Assembly (NCBI GenBank): GCA_964612655.1
Contig: CAZTDG010000002.1
Coordinates: 14,957-54,860, forward strand
Source of the DNA: an uncultured Acidimicrobiales bacterium
GTDB taxonomy: Bacteria > Actinomycetota > Acidimicrobiia > Acidimicrobiales > SHLQ01
Reading direction: 5' to 3'
Length of the DNA stretch: 39,904 nucleotides
Notes under the pieces: model-generated
Seen by the model: only the letters and a program-made list of their open reading frames with translations
Database searches by the model: none
Told to the model about the DNA's origin: nothing
Shown here: piece after piece, positions 8,846 to 17,985 of the stretch
Numbering within the stretch: the first letter of the stretch is position 1
Layout: the number at the start of each line of letters is the position of its first letter
Position numbers and translations under genes: made by a program

Positions 8846-9925
8846 GTGACGCAAACGGCGGACGCGCCAGAACCACATGTCCACGGGCCCTCCTGTGACC
8901 ATGACACCGATCATGCCCATGGTGCGCCGGTTCACGACCATGACGACGACGCGGTCGTTAGTTACTCGCAACGTCGCGGCTACGGACCATATGTATTGCT
9001 GATCCCCATCGTGGCGGCGTTGCTGGTCCGCAACCGCATCGATGCCTTCACCAATGAAGAAGTTCGACTGTGGTCGACGCTGTTCGTGTCGGTCACCATC
9101 CAGGCGCTTCCGTTCTTGGTCCTCGGCGTGGTTATCAGCGGACTCATCGCCGCGTTTGTATCTCCGGAGCTCGTCGAGCGCTTCGTACCCAAACGAAACG
9201 CTCTCGCCGTACCGACCGCAGGCCTTGCCGGGCTTGCGCTCCCGGGCTGTGAGTGCGGATCCGTACCGATCGCTGGCCGCCTGGTCGATGCTGGCACTCC
9301 CCCAGCCGCCGCACTGACCTTCTTGCTCGCCGCACCGGCGATCAACCCCGTGGTGATGGTCGCCACCGCTGTCGCCTTCCCCGGAAACCTCGAACTCGTC
9401 GGCGCCCGTTTCGTGGCCTCGCTTGCTACCGCGCTGCTCGTCGGCACATGGTGGGCACGCCGCAACGACGACTCACTCATCAAATCCATGGTGGGCGCTG
9501 GCAACCATGATCACAGCGGGTCCCAGAAGCTCGCCACCTTCGTCGACGTCGCCTCGAAGGACCTCGTGCATGCTGGCGGCTATTTGGTCGTTGGCTCGAT
9601 CGCTGCGGCCACCTTGCAGCTGGTGATCCCCCGCTCGGTCATCAACCTCGTTGCGGAAAACGAATGGCAGTCGGTCCTCGTCTTTGCGGGCCTTGCCGTC
9701 TTGCTGTCGATCTGTTCAGAGGCAGATGCATTCGTCGCCGCCGGATTGCCTCAATTCTCGCTCACCTCTCGACTGGTGTTCCTGGTCGTTGGCCCGGTGA
9801 TCGACCTCAAGTTGATCGCACTGCACGCTGGCATCTTCGGCCGTAAGTTCACCGCCCTCTTCGCACCGGTAACCCTGGTCATCGCAGTCATCTGTGCCGT
9901 CATCGTTGGGCAGGTCGTGTTATGA
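8846..9925 (+). CDS. PF03773-type (DUF318/ArsP_1-like) multi-pass permease with His/Asp-rich N-terminus
   Basis: The N-terminus reads PEPHVHGPSCDHDTDHAHGAPVHDHDDD. It is followed by multiple TM segments carrying LPGCECGSVPIAG and LSICSEADAF motifs. GTG start at 8846. Confidence 0.75.
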   Translation: MTQTADAPEPHVHGPSCDHDTDHAHGAPVHDHDDDAVVSYSQRRGYGPYVLLIPIVAALLVRNRIDAFTNEEVRLWSTLFVSVTIQALPFLVLGVVISGLIAAFVSPELVERFVPKRNALAVPTAGLAGLALPGCECGSVPIAGRLVDAGTPPAAALTFLLAAPAINPVVMVATAVAFPGNLELVGARFVASLATALLVGTWWARRNDDSLIKSMVGAGNHDHSGSQKLATFVDVASKDLVHAGGYLVVGSIAAATLQLVIPRSVINLVAENEWQSVLVFAGLAVLLSICSEADAFVAAGLPQFSLTSRLVFLVVGPVIDLKLIALHAGIFGRKFTALFAPVTLVIAVICAVIVGQVVL

Positions 9926-10653
9926 CCCGTCTCGGCCGCGCCGCAATGATGTTGTTCCTCGCGATCACGATGTCTCGCTTGTTGTGGACCGGAGCCTTTG
10001 GCTTCTTCATTCAGCAACGCATGCGAATACCGCTTCTCCTCGCCGTCATCGGCCTATTCGGTCTAGGGATCTACGAAGCCCGCCGCGCCCTCCAAGAGGA
10101 GAAGGCCGACCCAACTTCGGTTCGGCGCTCCATCGCCCCGCGTGTTGGTTGGTTGATGGTGCTTCCGCTCATGGTTCTGGTTTCGGTCGCACCCACAGGA
10201 CTTGGCGCTGCAGCAGCCGAACGGGTCGAACCGTTCACGCCCATTGAGGTCACGAAGAACTTCGAACCGCTCGACACGTCGGTGCAACCGGTGCCGATGC
10301 GGCTATTCGACTTTGTCGACCGCGCGTTCTGGGACCCAGACGCGAGTACCGAAGGCGTCACCGTCCGACTCGAAGGCCTCGTGGTGAACAGCGAGGAGAT
10401 CAGCGATGGTTTCCTCCTCACCCGGTTCCTGGTGAGTTGCTGTGCTGCTGATGGTGTTCCCATCCAGGTAGCGGTGCGCGGAGTGGAGACACCGTTCCCC
10501 GATGACACCTGGGTTGTCGCCGACGTGCTCTTGCGGCCGCCACCGGCACCGTTCCAGGAATTGCCGCTCGATCAGCGCACCGTCAATGCCGACGTGGTCT
10601 CGATCACCGTCAGCCCCGAAACACCGAGCGACGCATACGAAACCCCGTACTAG
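9922..10653 (+). CDS. TIGR03943/DUF1980-type partner subunit of a putative two-component permease
   Basis: An ATGA overlap with the upstream permease at 9922-9925 suggests translational coupling. The protein has two N-terminal TM segments and the C-terminal signature TRFLVSCCAADG. Confidence 0.7.
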   Translation: MTRLGRAAMMLFLAITMSRLLWTGAFGFFIQQRMRIPLLLAVIGLFGLGIYEARRALQEEKADPTSVRRSIAPRVGWLMVLPLMVLVSVAPTGLGAAAAERVEPFTPIEVTKNFEPLDTSVQPVPMRLFDFVDRAFWDPDASTEGVTVRLEGLVVNSEEISDGFLLTRFLVSCCAADGVPIQVAVRGVETPFPDDTWVVADVLLRPPPAPFQELPLDQRTVNADVVSITVSPETPSDAYETPY

Positions 10654-10670
10654 GCGTCTACGCCCGGGGA

Positions 10671-10717
10671 ATCTAGGAATGCTGGGCATGAATAATTCAT
10701 GCTGATCGTTCCTAGAT
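10671..10717. repeat. AT-rich nested palindrome in a convergent intergenic gap (possible bidirectional terminator or operator)
   Basis: The outer arms are ATCTAGGAA (10671-10679) and TTCCTAGAT (10709-10717). The inner arms are CATGAAT (10687-10693) and ATTCATG (10695-10701). The element abuts the TAG stop of the DUF218 gene at 10718-10720. Confidence 0.8.
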
Positions 10718-11329
10718 CTACAAGCCGACCCAGTTGGCCGGAATCGTGAGGATCGCCCAGTACTCGGCTGCGCGTTCCCTCGCGAATCTTTCCGGCAAGC
10801 GACTCGCTCGTTCGTTGCCCTGCCGTGTGGTGACGACGACGGTGTCCAGGCCAGCCGATTCGCAAAGCGCGGCTGTGCGAACCCGGTGACGAGGCTGGGT
10901 CACAACGGCAACCCGCTCCAACCCTGCGCTTGCAGCGTTCTTGCAGGTCTCGTTCGTCGACACGCCCTCGGAGTCGAGCTCCACGTCCAGGCCTGGCAGA
11001 TATTCGGCGATCACCTCCGGCTCTCCGGGTCCGCCTGATGCGAACACCGACGCCCCAGAAGTCACCGCAACGATTTCCTCTGCGAGTTCAATGCGGGACA
11101 GCAGCGCGCCGCTGGGACGGCCGCTGCTGAACACCCGTGCGCCCGGAACGATCACCGCCTCAACCGGTTCGCCAGGAAGCGAGCCGACCTCATCTTCGGT
11201 GACGATGTCGGCTCCGAGAGCGAACAACCGCATCATCACCATCGGAAAGACGATCACGAAGCCCAAGAAGAGCACCGCACTGATCGCAGACTGCCAACGC
11301 TCGCGGCGCTTACTGAGGGGTTCTGTCAT
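10718..11329 (-). CDS. DUF218 (SanA/YdcF-like) membrane-anchored protein
   Basis: An N-terminal TM segment is followed by AVIVPGARV...RIELAEEI...ASGG..GEPEVIAEYL...STNETCKNA...VVTQPRHRVRTA, which fits the DUF218 pattern. The start is ATG 11329 (MTEPLSK) or 11362. Confidence 0.7.
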   Translation of the reverse strand: MTEPLSKRRERWQSAISAVLFLGFVIVFPMVMMRLFALGADIVTEDEVGSLPGEPVEAVIVPGARVFSSGRPSGALLSRIELAEEIVAVTSGASVFASGGPGEPEVIAEYLPGLDVELDSEGVSTNETCKNAASAGLERVAVVTQPRHRVRTAALCESAGLDTVVVTTRQGNERASRLPERFARERAAEYWAILTIPANWVGL

Positions 11330-11375
11330 CACTCTCAACGCTACGTTGTGCACCGACCGCATTGGTGTCAGCGAT

Positions 11376-11393
11376 GTCGGGTGCGCCCCCGAC
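11376..11393 (-). terminator. GC-rich hairpin downstream of pyrE (possible U-tract-less terminator)
   Basis: GTCGGG-tgcgcc-CCCGAC forms a 6-bp stem. It lies 13 nt 3' of the pyrE stop, and no U-tract follows. Confidence 0.25.
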
Positions 11394-11405
11394 TTATCCG
11401 GACGT

Positions 11406-12047
11406 CTAGCGCGGACCGAACTCCGTGAGGTAGGCGTTCATCTTCTCGACGGTCTCGTCGGAAAGGTTGGCATACTCGATGATCTCGCGCACGGTCACGA
11501 TCGCGTGGGTGGGCATCGCAAACTCTTCGCCCACCTGGGCCAGCGCCGCCATGTCACCGGTGCCTCGCTCCATCCGATCGACGCTCACGATGAGCCCGGC
11601 TAGCTCGATGTCGGCCGCTGCGCGTAGCACGGGCACCGTTTCGCGAATCGACGTGCCAGCGGTGGTGACGTCTTCGATGATGAGCACTCGGTCCCCGGCT
11701 TGAGGTTCGTGGCCAACAAGCACACCACCCTCGCCGTGATCCTTGGCCTCTTTGCGGTTGAACATGAAGCCGACATCAGTTCCGCGAGCCGCTAAAGCGC
11801 TTGCGGTCGCAACCGCCAACGGTATGCCCTTGTACGCAGGACCGAAGAGGACGTTGAACTCGCCAAAGTTCGCTTCGATGGCGTCGGCGTAGAACTCTCC
11901 GAGACGTCGAATTTGATCGCCGGATCGATACTTTCCAGTCTGCACAAAGTAGGGCGTCGGGCGTCCGGACTTCGTCACGAAATCACCGAAGGTCAAAACC
12001 TCGGCCTCGATCATGAAGTCGATAAACGCGGCTTTGTAGTCGTCCAT
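11406..12047 (-). CDS. pyrE: orotate phosphoribosyltransferase
   Basis: The product contains LTFGDFVTKSGRPTPYF...GPAYKGIPLA...VLIIEDVTTAGTSIRE, the PRPP-binding motif. Confidence 0.93.
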   Translation of the reverse strand: MDDYKAAFIDFMIEAEVLTFGDFVTKSGRPTPYFVQTGKYRSGDQIRRLGEFYADAIEANFGEFNVLFGPAYKGIPLAVATASALAARGTDVGFMFNRKEAKDHGEGGVLVGHEPQAGDRVLIIEDVTTAGTSIRETVPVLRAAADIELAGLIVSVDRMERGTGDMAALAQVGEEFAMPTHAIVTVREIIEYANLSDETVEKMNAYLTEFGPR

Positions 12048-12071
12048 CCCGTCAACTTCTCACATCATCAG

Positions 12072-12120
12072 GATTTGTACGTAATTTCAGACCTATACGG
12101 TCAGTTTTTACGTACAAATC
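12072..12120 (-). other. perfect 13-bp-arm AT-rich inverted repeat (RNA hairpin) between the aspS stop and the pyrE start
   Basis: The arms are GATTTGTACGTAA (12072-12084) and TTACGTACAAATC (12108-12120), separated by a 23-nt spacer. The spacer contains GACC-tatac-GGTC. The right arm ends 1 nt before the aspS stop codon (12121-12123). Confidence 0.85.
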
Positions 12121-13854
12121 TCAGTCCTCGCGGGGAAGGATACGTAGACCAAGCTCTTCCATGTGGGCGGGATCGGCTGGCGATGGTGCCTTGGTGAGTG
12201 GGTCGGCACCCTTTTGGGTCTTCGGGAAGGCGATGACTTCGCGAATGTTCTCTTCACCTACGAGCAGCGCGGTGAGGCGGTCAATACCGAATGCGAAGCC
12301 GCCATGGGGTGGCGCTCCGTACTTGAACGCGTTGAGCAGGAAGCCGAACTTGGCCATTTGCTCTTCTTCGCCTATGCCAAGGATCTCGAAGATCTGGGCT
12401 TGCACGTCCTTTTGGAAGATTCGGATCGAGCCTGAGCCGAGCTCCCAGCCGTTGAGCGTGAGGTCATAGGCCTGACTTCGGATGTCGAGCCACTCATCGC
12501 CTTCGGCGGTCGTGAGCATCTCCACGTCCTCTTCATGGGGCATGGTGAACGGGTGATGTGCGGGAATCGGGTTGCCGTCCACCACGTCTTCGAACAGCGG
12601 GAACTCGGTGATCCACAAGAAGCTGAAGCCACCGTCGTTAACGGGAGGCTTGCCGAGCTCGAGGCGCAGCAGACCAAGCACTTTGTTCGCCACACGTTGG
12701 GTGTCGGCGATAAGGAACACCATGTCGCCGGTCTTGGCGTCGAGTCGCTCGACGAGGCCGGTGAGCTCGGATTCGCTCATGAACTTGGTGAGGCCGCCTT
12801 CGAGGCCTTCTTCCTTCATGCGGAACCATGCGAGGCCCTTGGCACCCCATTGCTTGGCGTTGTCGGTGAGTTCGTCGATCTTGTTGCGCCCGAGTTCGTC
12901 TGCGCCGCCAGGCATGCAGATGCCCTTGATCGATGGGGTCTTGAACACGTTGGATTCGGTCTCGGCGAAGAGGTCGGTCAGCTCTTCGAGTTCCATGCCG
13001 AATCGCACGTCGGGCTTGTCGGAGCCGTAGCGGTTCATCGCATCGGCATAGGTCATCCGTGGGAAATCGGTCGGACGCTCGCCGGTGATGGCTTCGGTCG
13101 CGTCCGCGACGGCTTCACTGATGAACGCGAAGACGTCCTCTTGGTCGACGAAGCTGGCCTCGGCGTCGAGCTGCATGAACTCGAACTGACGGTCGGCGCG
13201 AAGGTCTTCATCACGGAGGCAACGGGCGATCTGGTAATAGCGGTCGATGCCGCCCACCATCGAGAGCTGCTTAAACAGCTGTGGGCTCTGCGGCAGGGCG
13301 TAGAAGTTGCCGGGGTGGAGCCGTGACGGCACGACAAAGTCACGAGCACCTTCGGGGGTCGACGCGATCAACATCGGTGTCTCGATCTCGCAGAAGCCTT
13401 GTCGTTCCATGGCGCCACGAATGGCGCTGTTGACCTTGGCGCGCGCTCGGAGGTTCCGTTGCATGCGCTCTTGGCGAAGATCGACGTAGCGATGCTCAAG
13501 ACGGATCAACTCATCGACGTCGGCGCGGCCGTTGACCTGAAATGGTGGTGGCTCGGCGGCGTTCAAGATGATGGTCTCGGTGTCACGGATCTCGATGCCA
13601 CCGCTGGCCAGCTTGTCGTTCACCATGTCGGCGGGCCGGGCTGCGACCGTGCCGGTGATGGCAACGACGTATTCGCTGCGCACGTCCACCTTCTGGTCGA
13701 CGACCACCTGGACCACACCGGTGTGGTCTCGGACGTCAACAAAAGCTAGGTGCTCGGAGTGCACGCGGCGCGTGTCCACCCAGCCAGCGACCGTGACCGT
13801 TTGGCCGATGTGGTCGGTGTTCAGTTCACCGCAGTAGTTGGTGCGAAGAGACAT
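12121..13854 (-). CDS. aspS: aspartate--tRNA ligase (bacterial type)
   Basis: The product starts MSLRTNYCGELN...VTVAGWV..RR, an OB-fold anticodon domain. Class II motifs are present (FYALPQSPQLFKQ, FRDEDLRADRQ-like CLRDEDLRADRQFEF, GGFAFGIDRL). Confidence 0.96.
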   Translation of the reverse strand: MSLRTNYCGELNTDHIGQTVTVAGWVDTRRVHSEHLAFVDVRDHTGVVQVVVDQKVDVRSEYVVAITGTVAARPADMVNDKLASGGIEIRDTETIILNAAEPPPFQVNGRADVDELIRLEHRYVDLRQERMQRNLRARAKVNSAIRGAMERQGFCEIETPMLIASTPEGARDFVVPSRLHPGNFYALPQSPQLFKQLSMVGGIDRYYQIARCLRDEDLRADRQFEFMQLDAEASFVDQEDVFAFISEAVADATEAITGERPTDFPRMTYADAMNRYGSDKPDVRFGMELEELTDLFAETESNVFKTPSIKGICMPGGADELGRNKIDELTDNAKQWGAKGLAWFRMKEEGLEGGLTKFMSESELTGLVERLDAKTGDMVFLIADTQRVANKVLGLLRLELGKPPVNDGGFSFLWITEFPLFEDVVDGNPIPAHHPFTMPHEEDVEMLTTAEGDEWLDIRSQAYDLTLNGWELGSGSIRIFQKDVQAQIFEILGIGEEEQMAKFGFLLNAFKYGAPPHGGFAFGIDRLTALLVGEENIREVIAFPKTQKGADPLTKAPSPADPAHMEELGLRILPRED

Positions 13855-13883
13855 GTTTCCTCGTGGTTGTAAATCGAGTGGGT

Positions 13884-15166
13884 TTAGCGATCCTGCCGAC
13901 CGAGAAGTTCGGCCAGAAGGTCGCTGCGAGCTATTTGAGTTTGGCCTGCGTCGCCGACCATGTCGCGCACGGTAACAACGTTGTTCGCCACTTCGTCCTC
14001 ACCAATGATGAGGGCGATGGGGGCCTTGGACCGGTCGGCCACTTTCATCTGGGCCTTCATCGAGCGTCCGTCGAAGCTGCGCTGGGCGGCAACGCCAGCG
14101 GTACGAAGCTGATCGGCGATCACCGTGGCTTCGTTGCCCCCGGTGAGGTCAACGATGAAGACGTCGGGTTCACCAGTCGGCGCGGCGAAGGTCTCTTCGG
14201 CGTCGCAGGCGAGCAGGATCCGGTCGACGCCGAGTGCAAAGCCGATACCTGGGGTCGACTTGCCGCCGAGGCTCTCCGCGAGTCCGTCGTACCGACCGCC
14301 GCCACCTACGGCGTTCTGTGCGTTCTCTAGCGCGGTCGACGCGAACTCGAAGGTAGTGCGGGTGTAGTAGTCGAGGCCGCGCACCAGTCGAGGCGAGATC
14401 TCATAGGGGATCGCCAATGCATCGAGACCGGCGCGCACCGCTGCGAAATGCTCTGCGGTCTCATCGGTGAGGTAGTCGACCATGAGCGGAGCGTCAGCGA
14501 TGATGGCCTGGTCCTCGCGCCGCTTGCTGTCGAGTACTCGAAGCGGGTTCTTCTCCAGGGTCTGCTGCGAGCCTTCGCTCAGATCGTCCACGCGGTCTCG
14601 CAGGTACTCCTCAAGCGCAGCGAAATACACTGCGGTCGGCAGCTTTCATCGCCCAGTGAGTTGAGCAGCAGGGTTACCCGGTTCATGCCCAGCCGCTCAT
14701 AGAACCGCCATCCCAGTGCGATGACCTCGACGTCGATGGCTGCATCGCTCGATCCGAGAACTTCGATGCCGACCTGGCTGAACTGACGGTATCGACCAGC
14801 TTGAGGTCGTTCTCGACGGAACTGTGGCCCCTCGTACCAGACCTTCCATGGAAGCTCGCGTGGGTTGTGTTGCACGAATGCGCGCACGACGGAGGCGGTC
14901 AGCTCGGGCCGGAGCGCAATCCGCGTGCGGGCATTGTCCTTGTCCTCGAAGTCGTACATCTCTTTGGTGACGACGTCGGTGGATTCGCCTACGCGGAGAA
15001 AGACTCCGAGTTCTTCGACGATCGGCGACATGATGTGGCCGTACCCCGCAAGGCGCGCTTCTTCAGCGAATACGTCGACGAGCGCGCGGTGCCGTTCGGA
15101 GTCTGGACTCATCACGTCGCGCATGCCCTTGAGCGCTCGAAATTTCTGCTGTGCCACGGCCGTCAA
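13884..15166 (-). pseudogene. hisS: histidine--tRNA ligase interrupted by a frameshift (two overlapping ORFs, 14579..15166 and 13884..14630)
   Basis: The N-terminal ORF ends ...LLLNSLGDESCRPQ, then runs out of frame. The C-terminal ORF resumes YFAALEEYL...NPLRVLDSK...GGGRYDGL...GFALGVDRIL. The frames join at ccgcaGTGTatttc (plus-strand 14627-14632). The total length of 1283 nt is 3n+2. Confidence 0.85.
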
Positions 15167-15196
15167 GGCTACAGGAGCAGCCGCTCACTACGTTCG

Positions 15197-17407
15197 CTAC
15201 CCCGCGCCCGGCAGGACTCGGTACGCGTCGTAGACCGATTCGACACGCCGTACTTCGCCGAGCATCGCTTCGAGGTGAGCTAGGTCGGCGAATTCGAAGC
15301 CGAAGCGCATGTGCGCGATTCGGTCAGCGCCGGTCCGTGTGTCGACGCTGACGACGTTGATCTTGTGCGAGGCCATCACGCCGGCGACGTCGCTAAGCAG
15401 TCGTGGCCGGTCGAGGGCAGCGACTTCGATCGCGGCCTCGTGGAGTCCCTCGTGGCGGTCGTCCCACTCGACCTCGATCATTCGGTCTCGTTGTTCGTGT
15501 CCCAAGCTGGATGCGTTGGAGCAGTCCGATCGGTGGACCGAGACACCACGCCCGCGGGTTACGAAGCCGACGATGTGGTCGCCGGTAACCGGTGTGCAGC
15601 AGGTGGCGAGTCGAACGAGGAGATCATCGAGTCCTTCGACGTGAACGCCGCCGGTGACGGACCGTCGTTCTTTTCGCTGTCGAAGACGTTCGACAGTTTC
15701 GGGTAGTTGCTCGTCGGACTCGCCCGGAGCGAGTTCCTTGGTCACCCGATTCACGATCGTGCGCGGCGACACGTGGCCCTCACCGAGCGCAGCGAGGAGC
15801 GAATCGAAGTCCACGTAGTTCATCTCGGTGGCGATGTGGGTGAGGAGGTCGCCCTTCATGGTTCGTTGTACGGGCAGATCGGCACGCCGTAGAGCAGCCA
15901 TCAGCTCGTCTCGACCGGCATCGACGTATTCGGCCTTACGTTCCCTGCTGAACCAGTTGCGAATCTTGCTGGTCGCCTTCGGGGTTACCACGAAGTTGAG
16001 CCAATCCTTGGATGGGCCAGCGTCGGGGTTCTTCGAGGTGATGATCTCGATGCGATCGCCCGATTGGAGTCGGGTATCGAGGGTGGCGAGGCGCCCGTTG
16101 ACCCGTGCTCCCGTGCAGCGCTCTCCCACTTCGGTGTGGATGTGGAATGCGAAGTCCACCGGTGTGGCACCAACGACGAGTTCGACGACCTCACCGTTCG
16201 GAGTGAAGACGAAGATCTCACCTTCTTCGAGGTCGGTCTTCAGGTTGGCCATGAAGTCGCTGTCGCTGGCGTATTCGTCGAAGTCGACGATTCGACTCAG
16301 CCAAGCGATTTCTTGCGGTGTGGCCTTTTCCTTGTAGCCCCAGTGCGCAGCGACGCCGTTCTCGGCGCGGGCGTGCATTTCTTCGGTTCGGATCTGGACT
16401 TCGACCTCTTTACCAAGTGGTCCGATGACCGTCGTGTGCAACGACTGATACAAGTTGAACTTGGGCATAGCGATCCAATCCTTGAATCGCCCTTGCACCG
16501 GGCTCCATGCGGAGTGAATCGATCCCAATGCTGCGTAGCAGTCGCGCACCGATTCAACGATCACCCGAATGCCGACGAGATCATGGATGTCCTCGAACTC
16601 CAAGTTCTTGACCACCATCTTCCCGTAGATCGAGTACAGATGCTTTTGGCGGCCGGTGACGGTGCCCTCAATGCTGAGCTCTTCGAGGCGAGCTTCGATG
16701 TCGCCGATCAGTTGGGTGATGTAGATGTCTCGCTCGGGGGCGCGGGCCGAAACCATTGCTTCGAGGGCCGCGTATTGCTTCGGCGAGCCCGAGGCAAAGG
16801 CCAGGTCCTCGAGTTGTTGTTTGAGGTCCTGCATGCCGAGGCGGTGCGCGAGCGGTGCGTAAATTTCGAGCGTCTCTCGCGAAATGCGCTCTTGTTTCTC
16901 CGCTGGCATTGCGGCGATGGTCTGCATGTTGTGCAGCCGATCGGCGAGCTTGATGATCAGCACACGAGCGTCTTGGGCGATCGACAGCATCATCTTGCGC
17001 GTCGACGCTGCCTGCTGGGCTTCCTTGGAGTCGAAGTGCACTCGGTCGAGCTTGGTGACACCATCGACGACGTGTGCGACGTCGTCGCCGAACTCCTCGG
17101 CGATGGTTTCCAAATCGATCGAGGTGTCCTCGACCGCATCGTGTAGCAGCGCGGCCGAGATGGCTACATCGTCGAGCCCGAACTCGGCCACGACCTTGGC
17201 GACGGCGAGCGGGTGCGAAATGTAGCTCTCCCCCGACTGACGTCGTTGATCGCCGTGGGCGGCGGCCGCCACCCGGTACGAGCGTTGGATCCGATCGATC
17301 GAGATGTCCTTGTCGCCTTGCCGATAGGCGTCGACGATCGCCATGAGCTCGCCCTCGACCCGCACCGACTGGCGCCGCCAGGGAAGTACACGGGTCACGG
17401 TTGGCAT
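15197..17407 (-). CDS. rel: bifunctional (p)ppGpp synthetase/hydrolase (RelA/SpoT homologue)
   Basis: It has an HD hydrolase motif (HGDQRRQSGESYISHPLAVA), a RelA/SpoT synthetase core, and TGS and C-terminal ACT-like regions. The ATG at 17407 lies 4 nt after the apt stop. Confidence 0.95.
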   Translation of the reverse strand: MPTVTRVLPWRRQSVRVEGELMAIVDAYRQGDKDISIDRIQRSYRVAAAAHGDQRRQSGESYISHPLAVAKVVAEFGLDDVAISAALLHDAVEDTSIDLETIAEEFGDDVAHVVDGVTKLDRVHFDSKEAQQAASTRKMMLSIAQDARVLIIKLADRLHNMQTIAAMPAEKQERISRETLEIYAPLAHRLGMQDLKQQLEDLAFASGSPKQYAALEAMVSARAPERDIYITQLIGDIEARLEELSIEGTVTGRQKHLYSIYGKMVVKNLEFEDIHDLVGIRVIVESVRDCYAALGSIHSAWSPVQGRFKDWIAMPKFNLYQSLHTTVIGPLGKEVEVQIRTEEMHARAENGVAAHWGYKEKATPQEIAWLSRIVDFDEYASDSDFMANLKTDLEEGEIFVFTPNGEVVELVVGATPVDFAFHIHTEVGERCTGARVNGRLATLDTRLQSGDRIEIITSKNPDAGPSKDWLNFVVTPKATSKIRNWFSRERKAEYVDAGRDELMAALRRADLPVQRTMKGDLLTHIATEMNYVDFDSLLAALGEGHVSPRTIVNRVTKELAPGESDEQLPETVERLRQRKERRSVTGGVHVEGLDDLLVRLATCCTPVTGDHIVGFVTRGRGVSVHRSDCSNASSLGHEQRDRMIEVEWDDRHEGLHEAAIEVAALDRPRLLSDVAGVMASHKINVVSVDTRTGADRIAHMRFGFEFADLAHLEAMLGEVRRVESVYDAYRVLPGAG

Positions 17408-17411
17408 GGGC

Positions 17412-17936
17412 TCAGCTCACCTCGAGGACGCTATGAAGGACTGTGGACCCGCCGCGTCCAATTGTGGCCGATCCTCCTAGCGCAACCAAGTCGATCAAGA
17501 CGGTGATTCCTTCGACGGTGGCGTCGGTCGATCTCAGCAACTCGAGCGCGGCACGAAGCGTTCCACCCGTGGCCAAGACATCGTCGACCAGAAGGACATG
17601 TGACGTTTCGTCGATGGCGTCCTGGTGCATCTCCAGGCGGTCGGAGCCGTATTCGAGGTCGTAGTCCACACCAATTACATCGGACGGAAGCTTCCCGGAC
17701 TTTCGTATCGGCACAAAGCCGACGTCGAGTTGCTGGGCAATGAGTGCCCCGAAGATGAAGCCTCGAGCTTCGATTCCGGCCACAACGTTGACTCGGCTGC
17801 CGCGAAACGGTGTCGACATCTCTTCGACAGCGGCACCAAGCGCGGTTGCATCGCCAAGCAGAGGGCTGATGTCTTTGAACGTCACCCCAGGCTTCGGGAA
17901 GTCTTCGACGTCGCGGATGAAACCTTCGAGTTCCAT
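17412..17936 (-). CDS. apt: adenine phosphoribosyltransferase
   Basis: The product contains FPKPGVTFKDISPLL...GIEARGFIFG...VLLVDDVLATGGT. Confidence 0.95.
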   Translation of the reverse strand: MELEGFIRDVEDFPKPGVTFKDISPLLGDATALGAAVEEMSTPFRGSRVNVVAGIEARGFIFGALIAQQLDVGFVPIRKSGKLPSDVIGVDYDLEYGSDRLEMHQDAIDETSHVLLVDDVLATGGTLRAALELLRSTDATVEGITVLIDLVALGGSATIGRGGSTVLHSVLEVS

Positions 17937-17985
17937 TATCCAATGTTACTGCCGATGCATCGCTCCGGCTGGCACAGCTGCGAAG

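Noticed and set aside
14579-14640. The hisS junction could be a site of programmed -1 ribosomal frameshifting. A -1 slip after CAG would give ...RPQVYFAAL....
   Set aside because: There is no X XXY YYZ slippery heptamer at C CGC AGT G and no obvious downstream stimulatory structure. A simple indel, whether real or an assembly error, is the more economical explanation.
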